In this document: piece by piece, positions 12,781 to 24,957 of the stretch
How positions within the stretch are numbered: the stretch's first letter is position 1
Layout of the letters: each line of letters opens with the position of its first letter
From: Okamejei kenojei
Taxonomy: Eukaryota
NCBI GenBank assembly: GCA_035221665.1
Contig: CM069131.1
Span: 67,952,001-68,016,000, forward strand
Length of the DNA: 64,000 nucleotides
Reading direction: 5' to 3'
Notes under the pieces: generated by a model
Told to the model about the DNA's origin: nothing
The model's database searches: none
What the model saw: only the letters and a program-made list of their open reading frames with translations
Program-made: the position numbers and the translations under genes

Positions 12781-13520
12781 GTCAAGTCAAGTTCAATTTT
12801 GTTTCTATCGCCCATTTTAAAACTCATTGTTGAACAAAGTGTTTACATTAGTGCAAGGTACTAACTTGCTACAAACAGTACGGGTACATAGATCAACAAT
12901 ACATAAATACATACAGTGCTCCTTATTAGAGGATATCAAGAAAGGCTTGAGAGTAGAATAGTTTTAAGTCTAGACTTAGTTTCTACTAGACTTAAAGAGT
13001 TGATGGAGCGGGCAGTTGTGATGGGAAGAAGGCCTTTTCCATGTAGTATAGGTGCTGCCAACTGCAAAAGCGCGGTCGCCCCTGAGCTTATGCCTAGACG
13101 CGGGATGGTCAGTAACCCCAAGAGGGGAAGGTGGTGTGGTTGATCTGAGGGACCTGGAAGTGGTATGAATGGGAAAGCAGATCTTTGATGTAGGTGGGGG
13201 TGAGCCCATTAAGGGCTTTTGCAAAACAAAAAGAAGAGCTTGAAAATTGATTCGGAAACTGCACTGGGAACCAGTGAGAGAGGCCAGGATCGGGGTGATG
13301 TGGTCCCTTTTTCGGGTGCCCTTCAGGAGTCTCGCCGCGGCATTTTGGACCAATTGCAGGCAGGACAGGGATGATTGGCTGATTGCCAGTGTAAAGGGAG
13401 TTGCGGGTAATCAAGACAGGAGGAGATAAATGAGTGAATGATCTTTTTGAGGTCGTCAAATCGGAGCAAAGGTTTTATTTTTGCTAGCGTTCGAAGCTGG
13501 AAGAAGCTGGCTTTTACCAC
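12781..13520 (-). mobile_element. L2-clade LINE, 5'-truncated
   Basis: VVKASFFQLRTLAKIKP, FISSCLDY and VQNAAARLLKGTRKRDHITPILASL..HWxPV motifs; (TTGAC)n tail at 12781. Confidence 0.9.
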
Positions 13521-14429
13521 GGCAGAAGGGAGCAAGTCATCCCCTAGCCCGAGAGGTATGGCCAGAGGAGAAGTATGCAGAGCTGTACAAAATAGCTCAA
13601 ATGGCTCAAGTTTGGGCATGATAGGGAACTTAATATTCCGGGTTTCATCATTTTAAAAGACTGAGTCTCATTTGTTTACTAAGAGGATGAAAGGGTGGTG
13701 GTGGTGCTTGTCAAGACCATAAAAGATCAATAGAATTTACTGTAAGATTCACTTGATTATTTTTCTCTCTACATTCGACAGCAGGTAATGAAGACAGAGA
13801 GATTTGTTTTGGGGGGAAGATAGGCCTGTAATTGAAGACACCAGAGACGGTCTGTTCGCATTTACATCACTTTTTAGATTGTCCTGAACATTGGAACAAA
13901 TAACGAGCGAGCTAACTGAATTTAAAAGACTAAACAGCTGTTAATTTGGGTTAAGTTCTGATGTAGGGTCCCGACCCAAAACTCAACCATCCCTTTGCCT
14001 CCCACAGATGCTTCTTGACCAGTCAGTTTTCCAGCCGTTTGTTTCTTTTTGCAGCAGCCACATCTGCATTTCAAGTAACTTGTAATCAATAACAAATGTC
14101 AACAATAGTTTCATCGGGCTAGTAAATGTTTCAGAAACAAAGTAAATTAGACGTAGATGGTTGCACAGGGCTTTAACCAAAGTAATAGCGTTACTATTTT
14201 GTCTTTAAAGATCAATTATCTGCGCTACCTCCTGCTGCTTGAACCTTATGATGATTGATGACTTATAGCCCAATCCATTACACTATTCACATATTCTAAG
14301 TATATTGTCACTGTAAAGTGACCTGCTTGGTATTCAAATCTGAAGCGAAAATGTTGCGTTTTAAATGACTCTTAAGTGGGTAATGATTTTTAATTTGCAG
14401 ATATATTTCGCAGCCGTGAAACATGTTCC

Positions 14430-15620
14430 TGGTAATTACAGAGGAGGGCGCCATCGGTTGCAGGAATAAAACGTGCTGTTATTTGAAACACCGACTTTCT
14501 TGCAATAGCAAATAGGGGGAATAATTCACCTTCCTTCCTATCCCTACCTAAAGGGAAGAGTAAACAAGTGCGTTTCTTCCTGTTGTTTCGCGTGGTTCCT
14601 AGTAGTCGGTACTGTGGCAGAACAGGCGGAGTGAGTGAGTGAGTGAGTGAGTGAGTGCAACGAACGCGAAGCCGAAGCGAAGCCCAAACTCCCCCCTGCC
14701 GCCGGGTCGGAGCCGGGGCTCGGGTTTCAGCGGGACGTGATGCGGTGGAATCCCGGCCCGGCCCGGCCCGACTCGCCGCCAACTTGACTGCGGCTTTCAC
14801 CACAACTCAGCACTTCCAACTCCTCTTCCTCGCTCTCTTCCCCCTCATCGTAACCGCCTAGCTGCAACCACCTCAAGTGGCTTGCTCTCTCGCAGTGGAT
14901 CTGCAGCAAGGCAAAACTCCGCTTTCCTCACAGCGACCCCTGATCTTTGTGAGAGAAACACCACTTGAACAGTTGTTCTGGTCAATTAAAAAATGATTGA
15001 CTTATAAGACACGCCAGTTCACAATAAATTTATTTTCCTTGCTTGGTTAGTTCAGGATAATTGCTTATCATGCGAAGATTTCGATCCGAAGCGCAGGGAA
15101 TATCTTGATGGGAGTACGATGCTCCTAAAGTAAGTTTCTGATTGAGAGGAACCAGCGTTGAACCTCCGCACCCCACACCCTCCCCCAAATTGCACACATC
15201 CCGCCTCCCTCTGTTCTTGCAGACTCTTCCTATCCCCTCGGCAGCTGGCCCGGGGAAGGCAAACGTGCGCCTGTACAGGAGATCTGCTTGCAACCAGCCA
15301 CTCGGGGGGACGTCCGACACAGCGCGCCGGTCCTGTGCTGCATGAACCGGTCGCTCTGGTGCCTGGTGCGGCCCACAGCTCCTTCCTCCCGCCCCTCCAT
15401 ACGTGCTGGGGGGGGGAGAACAAAAAACCCAGGATAGACCAGCACCAGCACTTGCAGCCACATATAAACATTTGGCTCAGACGCAACTTGCAAGTGCTTT
15501 TACCCTCTCAAAAAGTCATTGATTTTTATTTCTGCGATCTACATCCCTGTCTCGATGCGTTAAACTTCAGCGATCCGTGGATCAGTGGGGTTTTTTGTTG
15601 GAGACGGAGTCTGTCGGCTT
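14430..15620 (+). promoter_or_regulatory. FRAS1: CpG island / probable FRAS1 promoter and 5' UTR
   Basis: Sharp rise in GC and CpG content (14430-14900, 15140-15420) against CpG-poor flanks, free of recognisable repeats, directly upstream of the signal-peptide ATG; TSS not determinable. Confidence 0.7.
14628..14656. repeat. (GAGT)n microsatellite in the CpG island
   Basis: gagtgagtgagtgagtgagtgagtgagtg seen directly. Confidence 0.9.
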
Positions 15621-15680
15621 TAAACTAAATCGAAAATAATACCAACCCAGGGAGATTTTATTTTAAACCGGATCACCATC

Positions 15681-15753
15681 ATGAATGACTTGAGCCTTGG
15701 GTTACTGCTGCCTGTGTTGATTGGGTTAGTCACCTTGCTGCAGCAGACTGAAG
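15681..15753 (+). CDS. FRAS1: FRAS1 coding exon 1 (signal peptide MNDLSLGLLLPVLIGLVTLLQQTE-G)
   Basis: Context accatcATG; hydrophobic signal peptide ending TEG (human ...HHSEG, recalled from memory); phase-1 donor GAAG|gttgcg splices in frame to exon 2. Confidence 0.8.
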
Positions 15754-17949
15754 GTTGCGGTACACGCAATATTCAAGTTTATTAAGTGCTGTAATATTGA
15801 TATTGTGTTTCCAGCAATTTTATAGTCAAACCGTCCTAGCATTATTGATTGTGCACTTGGCCGAGGATTTATGTTCAAGCAGGCAATCGATCATTTGGAT
15901 TAATGTTTATAATTTTAGTAACATGTTGCAGGCCAACAGTAACCAAAGTAAAAATGAAAAGCAGGTCAGATAGTTTACTTCACTGCAGTTGACGCCGGGC
16001 GCATTGGAAAATCTTCGAAACTCTCGAACGGCAAAAAATTCTATTCATCAGCTGTACAAATGAGTACACGTTTGGGAAATGGCAGTATTACTAGAACTCC
16101 GTTGCGCTTCGTTTGTTATCAATCATGAACTTATCCCCCCCCCATCTGTAGGGAGGATTAAGTGGCAACATATTACAACTATTCATTTATCGAGATGAAT
16201 ACCGAGGATCGTTCAACTTGTGACACTGTTACAGATGCCGGGGTCTTGAACCATCCGGCTTCCCTTTTGATATTGACATGTCGACTTGCATTTTGTTTGC
16301 TTTCTTTCTGAATCAAATGGTGAATTTGTGGTCGCGGCTCATTCATAAATCGGCTGGCGGCATTGTATTTTTTGTTGGCTTAAAAGGGCAACATTTCTCT
16401 TTAGGGCAAACAAGTTGTGCCTATCATAGACGCATTATAATCACAAGAATTAGGAATACTTGAACTTTCTAATTTTGCCGTATAATTTGCACAATCCGAT
16501 GACCTGCAAAATCTGATACTAACTAGTGGGCCCCACTTTTTTGTTTTTGCAAGGAACTTCTTGGTGGGTATTATTTTAAGCTTCTCTATCGTGTTAAAAA
16601 AAAAACCCTGGGAAATAACACTTTGATATGACTTGAAAAGGACGATAAAAAAAAAACCAATTGCCACTAAAAGGAAACATGCCCTTTTTAAGAAATAACT
16701 TCTCATGCCTTGTGTGACAAACGTCCCAGGCCGCGGGGCACGGTCTGACCCCAGCGCTCCTCCGATAACTCCGCTCAGAGCAGATCCGGCTTTGTTTAGT
16801 TGGTAGTTTACTTTATTTTCCAAGAGCGGCTGGTCTAATGCAGAAATTGTAATCATATTTTGCCATCAACTTCTGAACTGTAACAATTTTCTAACTCGTT
16901 TCGCTATACCTTTATTTGTGCTTCAGTTAAAGGCGCGCACAACTTAGCTCCTAACTCCACTGCAATTAGCAAGCGTGTTGCAAATGGTAAAAAGGTCATG
17001 AGCGTTGCAGATCCACAGTGAAGTCTCTGGAAATGTACACGTAGTTTACTCTAAATGAAATGAGCGATATTTTAAGCAAGGTGCATGAAATGTATAACGT
17101 GTAAGAAGGAACTGCAGATGCTGGTTTAAACCGAAGATAGACACAAAAAGCTGAAGTAACAGCAGCATCTCGAGCAGAAGGATAAAATGGGTGATTGTTT
17201 CGGGTCGAGACCCTTCTTAAGAAATGTATTGTTCTGATATTGGTTTCATTGAAATTATTATTGCTCATAACTGTGGTAACTTTACAATGAATGGGGGGGG
17301 GACATGGGAGGGGCAGTGGGGCGTTTCTTTTGTTTGGAAATCCATTCAATCGTGTGGACATTTCAATATCGACGTAGTTTTCAGTACGGCAAGATTGATA
17401 TGGGAAATATTTTTGTACATTGATTTTTTTAACTTGATTCTCCACCACAAACTCCCATCACTACAACGATTCCAATAAATATGTTCAAAAGTTATCCTGT
17501 AGGTTAGTTTAAATAGACAAGAATGAACATTGATGTTATGGAGGTTTATTAATAAGTTTATGATGATAGTTAGGATGTGCCACTCTATAGTAAATTGGAT
17601 TTATAGTAGGTTACGCACTAGTTTGGATGCTCAATCTTTATTTTTTTTTGAAGCATCTTGTGACATTGTTTAATGTTTTGAGAATTAATAATGCACAATG
17701 AAAATGGCCTCGTGATTCTGAGCCATCTGAAACTGGCAATAGTAAGTTAATGGGTGGAGCTGTGATTTTAAATCTCAAATTTACTTTTTTGAAAGTTATT
17801 GCCAGGGCTGCCAGTGAGTCGGCCAGGTCTCTTTAGGAACATGGAGAATGGAGATGATGTTATTGTGCTATGAGGAACATTGCGTAGAAACTGTCAGGCA
17901 CACACGCACATAAAAAAATTCCATTTAATGATCCTAGATAACTTTTTTC

Positions 17950-18400
17950 TTAGAGAAGGTGGTGGTGAGCTGCCTTTATGATCTGCTGCAGTCCTTGAGG
18001 TGTGGGAATACCCACACTATTGAGAGGAGAGAGAGTTTCAGAACCAGCAATGGTGAAGGAATGGCGATATATTTCCAAGTCAGAATGTTCTTTGCTTGGA
18101 GGTCATGTTCTAATGCTTTTGCTCCTGCTATCATTGTTGGATAGTGACTATGCGGGTTCAGTAGGTGCTGTCTCAGGAATCTTGTAGTGAGTTACTGTAG
18201 TGTGTCGGTGGTGGAGTGAGTCAGTGAGTGAATGGTTTCATATCAAGTTGGCTAGCTATGTCCGTATTGTGTCACGCTGCTTGAGTGCTGTGGTACCTGC
18301 ACTCATCCAGGCAAGTGTAGTGAAGTCCATTGCACTCCTGGCCTGAACTTGTAGACAGTGGACAGGCTTTGGGGAGTTGGATGACCTGACTGTCAAGAAT
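17950..18400 (-). mobile_element. Degenerate LINE 3' fragment (CR1/L2-like)
   Basis: agaaggtggtggtgagctgcctt is a reverse-complement match to the tail-like sequence near 5250-5310; heavily decayed. Confidence 0.45.
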
Positions 18401-18414
18401 CTATGTTGAGTAGT

Positions 18415-18670
18415 ATTAGTTTTAGAGATACTGTATGGAAGTGGGCCCCTCAGCCCACCAAAATCCATGCTGACCATTGATCACCTGTTCACAATAGCTC
18501 AATGTTATCCCCTTTTGCATCCACTTCTTTCACACTAGAGGTAATTTATAGAGGCCAATTAATCTAACAAACCCACAAACCTTGTGAGATGGGATGAAAT
18601 TGGAGTACCCGGAGGAAACCTTCCAGGTCACAGGGAGCATATGCAAACACTACACAGTCAGTTGCCTGTA
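18415..18670 (-). mobile_element. HE1-like V-SINE, degenerate
   Basis: Reverse-complement similarity to 7631-7935 (tail tagttttagagatac, ggagtacccggaggaaacc..ggtcacagggagcatatgcaaac). Confidence 0.7.
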
Positions 18671-18799
18671 AACCATAGTGTTACACCTCTTTTGTATCGG
18701 TGGCACTGGGAAAGAGGAATTTGTGGCGTCGAAAGGGCAGTTTTTTTGCCACTGGTGATTCTGGGTTTTGTGCTTTTTGTGGGGGTTCATTACTACTGA

Positions 18800-19085
18800 G
18801 CAGCTTGCCTGGCCATTTCAGAGGGCTTTTGAGAGTCAACCAGGGGATCTCGTTAAACGTTGGCCAGACCAGATATAGATGACAATGTTCGTCTCCTATA
18901 GGACGGTAATGATCCGGTTGGTGCCCTACAGCAAGTGACTATGTTTTTCATGTTCATTACACTCTTTTCTTTCAGAATTCAAATTTAGTGCTCTCTGCTG
19001 TGGTGGGATTCGAAACCAGGTCTCCAAGACTGTCCTGGATTTCTTGGATATCTAGATTGTTAACCCAGTAATAATATCGCTGTGC
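18800..19085 (-). mobile_element. Old tRNA-derived SINE-like repeat
   Basis: gtgggattcgaa (B-box on the minus strand); a related copy lies at ~31860-32120. Confidence 0.45.
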
Positions 19086-19713
19086 CATTTTTGCTTTGCT
19101 ACATGTGCACCTAGTGGTGTGAAGTTTGGTTTCCTCACATCCTGTATATTAAGGTTGATCGTATACTTTTATGGGTGTTAAAACTATGGGTGCAAAATGT
19201 TTTGGGACAGTGAATCATTCTGAAAGGTGTTATGCAACTGAAGAAAAACTATCTTTTGTTTAGAATGTTTTCAAAATTGTTTGAAGGAAAGCTGAATTCC
19301 GCAATCTTAAGGTTATATTTGTTACATTGAAAGTCAAGTTGAGTGTATCATCGTATTCACAAGTACAGTGAGACTCTGACAACACACAAAAAACATGCAG
19401 CTGGAATAAATTGTACATCACTTACAAATAAATTCTGCAACACAATAAAATTAAAAAGATAGTGCAAAACATCACGCGCGCCCGCGCGCACAGACACACA
19501 CTCTCAACTGGAATGAAAAAGAGTAACTCATTGTTAGAGATATTATCTTCCATCACATCATATTTCTTAGATCACATTTTGTAGGTGATCAATTGTATCC
19601 AGTTGCAAGTTAAAGGTCAATTCTCAGAACTTTCATTTGTGACAAAGGTTATAAACGAGGGAAAGGGGGAAAAGAAAGACATAGAAACATTAAAGCCAAT
19701 TAAAAAATACATA

Positions 19714-20863
19714 TCTATACATAACTAAAACTCTGATCTTGTGCTCTTCCGGTTTGCGGGGTATTTCTATTTGCGCAAAAAGCGGTACACGACGGCGCTA
19801 CGATTTTTCACCGGATTACTCGCAGTTTCCTGTGCTATGAGTGCAAGGAGTTTCATTCTGATCAGTGATATATTGTAAAAGTTATCGAGTTTTAAAATTC
19901 TTAAAAACTGTGCGTGCGCAGATTCCTTTAGTCAGCGCACGCAGATTGGTCTCTTCTCTTGTCAGTCAATGCCATGGCTGGGATGGCGACGCCCCTTCCT
20001 GCCCCACCGGCCTGTCCCGCCTCACTCACAAACTCCTCTCTCCCCTCCTCACAGTAACTTGTCTATTGTCTCCCCCACCCCGTCAGCGGCGTTTGCCGGG
20101 GGGGGGGGTCAGTGGAGTCCCAGGTCCCGTCTCTCTCTCCCTCATCACTCACCCCTCTCCCCCGCCCGCCCTCTGTGGCAATGGTGGTCCCGTCTACCTG
20201 TCCCCCCCGGGTTTGTCTCCACCGCCAGAGCTATAATATGGTAACTCACCCCTGCGGCCTTCTCGGAGGAGATCTTCTGCACCAGCTCATCAAAACTCGT
20301 GGTGCCCACCGTGACATGACGAACACCGACTGCACCCCTCCCCCCCCCTCCCCTCAATGATGCTGTGGAGGAAGGAACTTCAGATGCTGCTGTTTATGGA
20401 TAGGGAGGGACTGACGATAGGGGAAAGGAGAGGTGAGGGAGGGATTTTGGGGGGAGGAGAGGGGAAAGATCCTGGGGAGGTGAAGAGGGAGAGTGGGGGG
20501 ATTTAGGGAGGGCAGTGGGGGAGGTCAGGAGGGATAGTGGGGGGGATTGGGGGAGGTGAAGTGGGGGATAGGGAGGGGAGAGGAGTTATGGAGGGAGTGA
20601 CTGAGGGAGGGATTGGGGAGGGGGAGGAGGAGAGGGGAAAGAAGAGGGAGGGTGAAGAGGAGAGGGTGGGAGTGCTGGGGGATGAGGGGAAATGAGCTGC
20701 GCCTGCGCAGTTGGGGGCTATGTGTGAGTGGTGGAATATTGCTGTGGGGGACAGGTTGCATTGGGGGAATGGGTGAGTGGTGGAATTTTACATTGGGGAG
20801 CGGGTTGTGTTGGAGGACCAGGCCTCCCGTTTGACTGGGACCCAACAGGTTCCACTCAGTCTA
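19714..20863 (+). mobile_element. Non-autonomous Helitron
   Basis: 5' end A|TCTATACATAACTAAAA; 3' hairpin gggacccaacaggttcc (20837-20853) followed after 7 nt by CTA(G)|T; no TSD or TIR; the same 3' end occurs at 62428. Confidence 0.7.
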
Positions 20864-22169
20864 TATTTATATAAAATCAAATTCTGTTATGTATATATGC
20901 ATATATATTGTACATGCACAACGTGTAGATGCACACACACATGCATATAAGTACAATTGTGTTTTTAGTAATTCAAAGCAGTTGCATTGTAAAAAATAGT
21001 GACCTTTTGAGGGAAGAGAAGTTGAATAGGATGTTGTTTCTGCTTTATTATCATTTGCTTGGGGTTAAACAGGTGGGAGCGATGGAAAGCGGAGGGTAAC
21101 AGAGTGACAGTGAAGCATGAGGGAGGCAAGGTAAAGGGTTTGTGTGGGATGTTTGGAAAAGGAGTGATGGCATTGGAAATGAGGGGTTTGCAAAAAAAAA
21201 GAGATGAAAGGTTTTATATCTCCTTTCTGCTTGCATTGGCAAATTATTCACATTCTAGCTTTTTTTCTGTAACTTGATCTTCATATTTTTCCTGGGTTGC
21301 ATCTGCTAAATAAAAGGTATTGTTGCCAATGCCTGTTTTACTGTATTTCTAAGGTTCAATTCCATTTTCTTCACGGGAAAGTGGAGCTCAAGAATGTACA
21401 CAACTACATTTAGTCCTACAACCAGGAATTTGCTTTTCTCCTGTGGGTCTTGTGATGTAGTTTTGACCTGAGGGATAATGGGAAGGGATATTTATGGAAT
21501 ATTGCATTGGTGATCTGTGATAATGGATTATCGTGAAAAAATAATATTTTAACCAATTCCTATACTCTCAAAATTTCTAAATTTGAAAGATTACTTAAAA
21601 TCATGTTGGTATTTTTCCCATGTCTATTCTAAATTGCATATAACAAGGTTACAAATATTTAAACTTTAAATAATTTAGTGTTGAATCTGAGTAGCATTTC
21701 TTCAAGGATTTTGTGATTAATCTTTAATGCCAGTACACAGTAATTTTCATACCAGTGCACTGTGCAATTATCGTCCCAATGTGTTTGAGGTCAAAACTCT
21801 ATTAATAAAGTACACGGGTATTCATCTCCCAGTGTAAGTTTGCAGTTCAGACACAATTACCTCTGCATTCTGCAATTTTTCTTCTTGCATCATTCTACTT
21901 CTATGTTTCAGTAAAACATGGCATAGAACTTTGGATAAAAATGCAACGTGCAAGAAGAGCTAAGCTGGTTGGGCAGTATCTGTAGACGGGTTGGGCAGTT
22001 GAGGTTCCATCAGTGTGAACAAGGGTTCTGACCTGAAACGTCACCAGTCCATTCCCTTCACAGATGCTGCCTGAGCCACTGAGTTCTTCAGCACTTTGTG
22101 TTTTTGGGTTTTGCTCAAGGTCCCAGCACCTGCAGTTCCTTGTGTCTCCACATACTTTGAATACTGGTG

Positions 22170-23095
22170 TAATCTAACTCCTCACTACCTCATTTGAGGT
22201 CCCCACCTGCTTCAAGAAGGCTCTGACATCCTCCATTATGAAGATCTGTGAGAGATTGGCACATTAGCCCCAGCCTCCCAGCCAACCCAGATAAACTGCA
22301 GTTTGCTTACCGTTGCAACAGGTCCACGGCAGACACTATCACCCTGGCCCTAAACTTAACACTGGCAGGTTACACAATAAGGTCTCCTATGTTAAAATTC
22401 TATTTATCAACTGTAGCTCCACCTTCAACACCATAATCCCATTCAAACACTTAGATGTAGGAATCACCACCCCTCTCAATTCTCAACACCAATGGCCCTC
22501 ATGGATGTGTTCTCAGTCCCTGCCTATACTTCATATACGCTCTCAATTGTGTGACCAAATTTGCCTCTGACTCCATCTACAAGTTTGCAGATGACTGATG
22601 GGTTGAATCAGGAACAATGATGAGATGGAGGACAGGAAGAAGATAGAGAACTTTGTCATATGCTGTCAGGACAATCTTTCAATTTCAGCAACATGAAGTA
22701 GCCAGTTATCAGCTTTATGAAGCACAGTGCAGTAGATTTTTAAAACGGTATCAAAGGTGCCAACGTGAAATGGGTGAAACCTTTAAGTTTGCAGTTAATA
22801 TTACCAGCACTTTATTATGGACCAACCATATTGATACAATGGCCAAGAAGGCACACCAATGCCTCTACTTTATAAGGAGACTGAACAAATTCAACAGGTC
22901 TCCAATAACTTACAAACTTCTAGAATGTATCCTGTTGGATTTCATCGGAGCTTAGTTTGCGAACTGCTCTGCCCAAAACCGCGAGACGTTGTGGAGCCCA
23001 GTCCATCACACAGACCAAACTTCCCACCATTGATTCCATCCACACTTCACAATTGTTTTGGAAATGCAGCCAACATAATCAAAACCTTACCCATG
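22170..23095 (+). mobile_element. Rex1/Babar-like LINE RT fragment, degenerate
   Basis: DKLQFAYRCNRSTADTI, SSTFNTIIP, YKFADD and WTNHIDTMAKKAHQCLYFIRRLNKF motifs. Confidence 0.85.
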
Positions 23096-23487
23096 TAAAA
23101 CTGATTTGTAAAACTGAAGGCTATCACTTGGAAAAATTACTTCCTGTGGTTATTATAACAAATAATTTGTTGCTGAGGTATGATGACAAAGTTTGTGAAG
23201 CAGCCTTGGCATCATTCACAAGGTATGTGTCATCCTTTCTGTACTGTCTTGGTATTCACATCTTTGATCTGAACTCTCACCTTTGAGGCAGAAAGTTTGG
23301 AGTCAAAATTCACAACATGAAATTGAGTATTCTGGGAAATCTGAACTATTGAAGCTATAATTGTTAGGATAAGTATAGTCCTGGATAAGTCCTGTTAAAT
23401 CATGGCCCTATTCCAGCAGATGTGATGAACCCTATGACACTGATTGGGAGGGTGGGAGAAGAACAGGAAGCTTTTCCAAAATACTTC

Positions 23488-23925
23488 TTAGTTTAGTTTA
23501 TTATTGTCACATATACCAAGGTTACAGTGGAAAGCTTTAAGTTCCACGCTATCTAGTCAGCGAAAAGACTATACATGATTACCATTGAGCCGTCCACAGT
23601 GTACACAGGATAAAGGGTATCACATTTAATGCAAGATAAATTCTGATTAAAAATAGTTTGAATGTCTCCAATGATGTAGGTGGGAGGTCAGTACCACTTT
23701 CTAGTTGGTGAGAGGACAGTTCATTTGTCTGATAACAGCTGGGAAGAAACTGTCCCTGAATCTGTAAGTATACATTTTCAGTACCTCTTGCCTGATGGGA
23801 GAGGAGTGAGACTCCTTAATTATGCTGGTGTCCTTGCCGAGGCAGCGTGAAGTGTAAATGTAGTCAACGGACTGGAAGTTTGTTTGCGAGATGGTCTGGG
23901 CTATGTCCTCGACTCTCTGCAATTT
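23488..23925 (-). mobile_element. Rex1/Babar-like LINE 3' end
   Basis: IYTSRCLGKDTSIIK...RFRDSFFPAVIRQMN; (TAAAC)n tail at 23488-23500. Confidence 0.8.
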
Positions 23926-24428
23926 CTGAGTGAACCATTTATACTTTTCGGTCGGTTATCTTTTGTGTTAATTTATGTCTAACTGTATTCCTGTGATGTG
24001 TCATGCAGCATTTTACTTCATTAAAAGAGCCATCTAAATCAGCGTATGAATATAAGGGTTTTATAACTAATCTTGTGTTCACTGGCCATGTATATTACGT
24101 GTACTTCGAAGAGTGACGGGTAACTAGGAATGGGATCTGACTTTAACCTCTCTCTGTGATAGGTTACTAAAGACAAATTGTTGTCTATTAAATCACCTGG
24201 CTGCGATTATTCAATCAGTTGAGAAGCAGAAGTTATGTCAGTGGTAGTCACACATTGAAAAGGAGGGTATTTTCAGTCGGTTCGCTCTTCGCATTTAATA
24301 CATCAGTAAAACGGGGGAAGGAGGCAATGATCTCTGATATCCATATAACTGAGGCAAATTAGAATTAAGCACGTTTATCAGTTGTTATTGAAACAAATTT
24401 CAACGATCTGACTGTTTTCATTCTCTAG

Positions 24429-24460
24429 GTGTGTGCGTTCATCAGGGATCACTTTATGCG
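24429..24460 (+). CDS. FRAS1: FRAS1 coding exon 2 (32 nt; G-V-C-V-H-Q-G-S-L-Y-A, start of the first VWC domain)
   Basis: Branch-like ctgac, polypyrimidine tract and acceptor ttttcattctctag|GT; donor GCG|gtaagc; the peptide aligns with human GACVYQDSLLA with the same 32-nt length and phase (recalled from memory). Confidence 0.85.
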
Positions 24461-24957
24461 GTAAGCCAAATCTTTATCATCTATTTTCATAGCGTTGCAT
24501 TCAATATATTTGTGTGTGACCAGCATTGATAAAATATAGAAGGCATATGAGGGTTTGATGTAACAGCACTGAAAATATTGCTGGCATCAAGGTATAGAGT
24601 TCAATTTACAAAACTCCTCAAAGATGTGGGAACGATCATAATTAAAAGTACTGCAATGAATGTAATCATGACCAGTGCTTTATTATGGCTAGCTATGAAA
24701 AATGCATCTGTAATGCTAAATATGTGCTGTACAGTAGTATGGTTAACCACTACTAGTGTGAAATGAAATCTTATCAATTATTGCTCTAAAAATTATTTTC
24801 TAATTGCATATTTGGTTGAAGAAGAGAGAAGGTTTTACTTTGATTTAAAATTAAGTTACTCTCCACCCACCATTCTTGCATATTGGAGAACATTTCCATT
24901 TAAATTAAATGTTTTTCCTCCAAAACGTTAGCTTGAAGTAAATAGTGTAATAGCTAA

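Noticed and set aside
14390-15628. Overlapping 137-156 aa ORFs in the CpG island
   Set aside because: Expected in GC-rich DNA, present on both strands, with no recognisable homology
16274-16292. Possible p63/p53 element gacatgtcgacttgc in FRAS1 intron 1
   Set aside because: The CWWG cores are not at the required 10-bp spacing and the flanks mismatch
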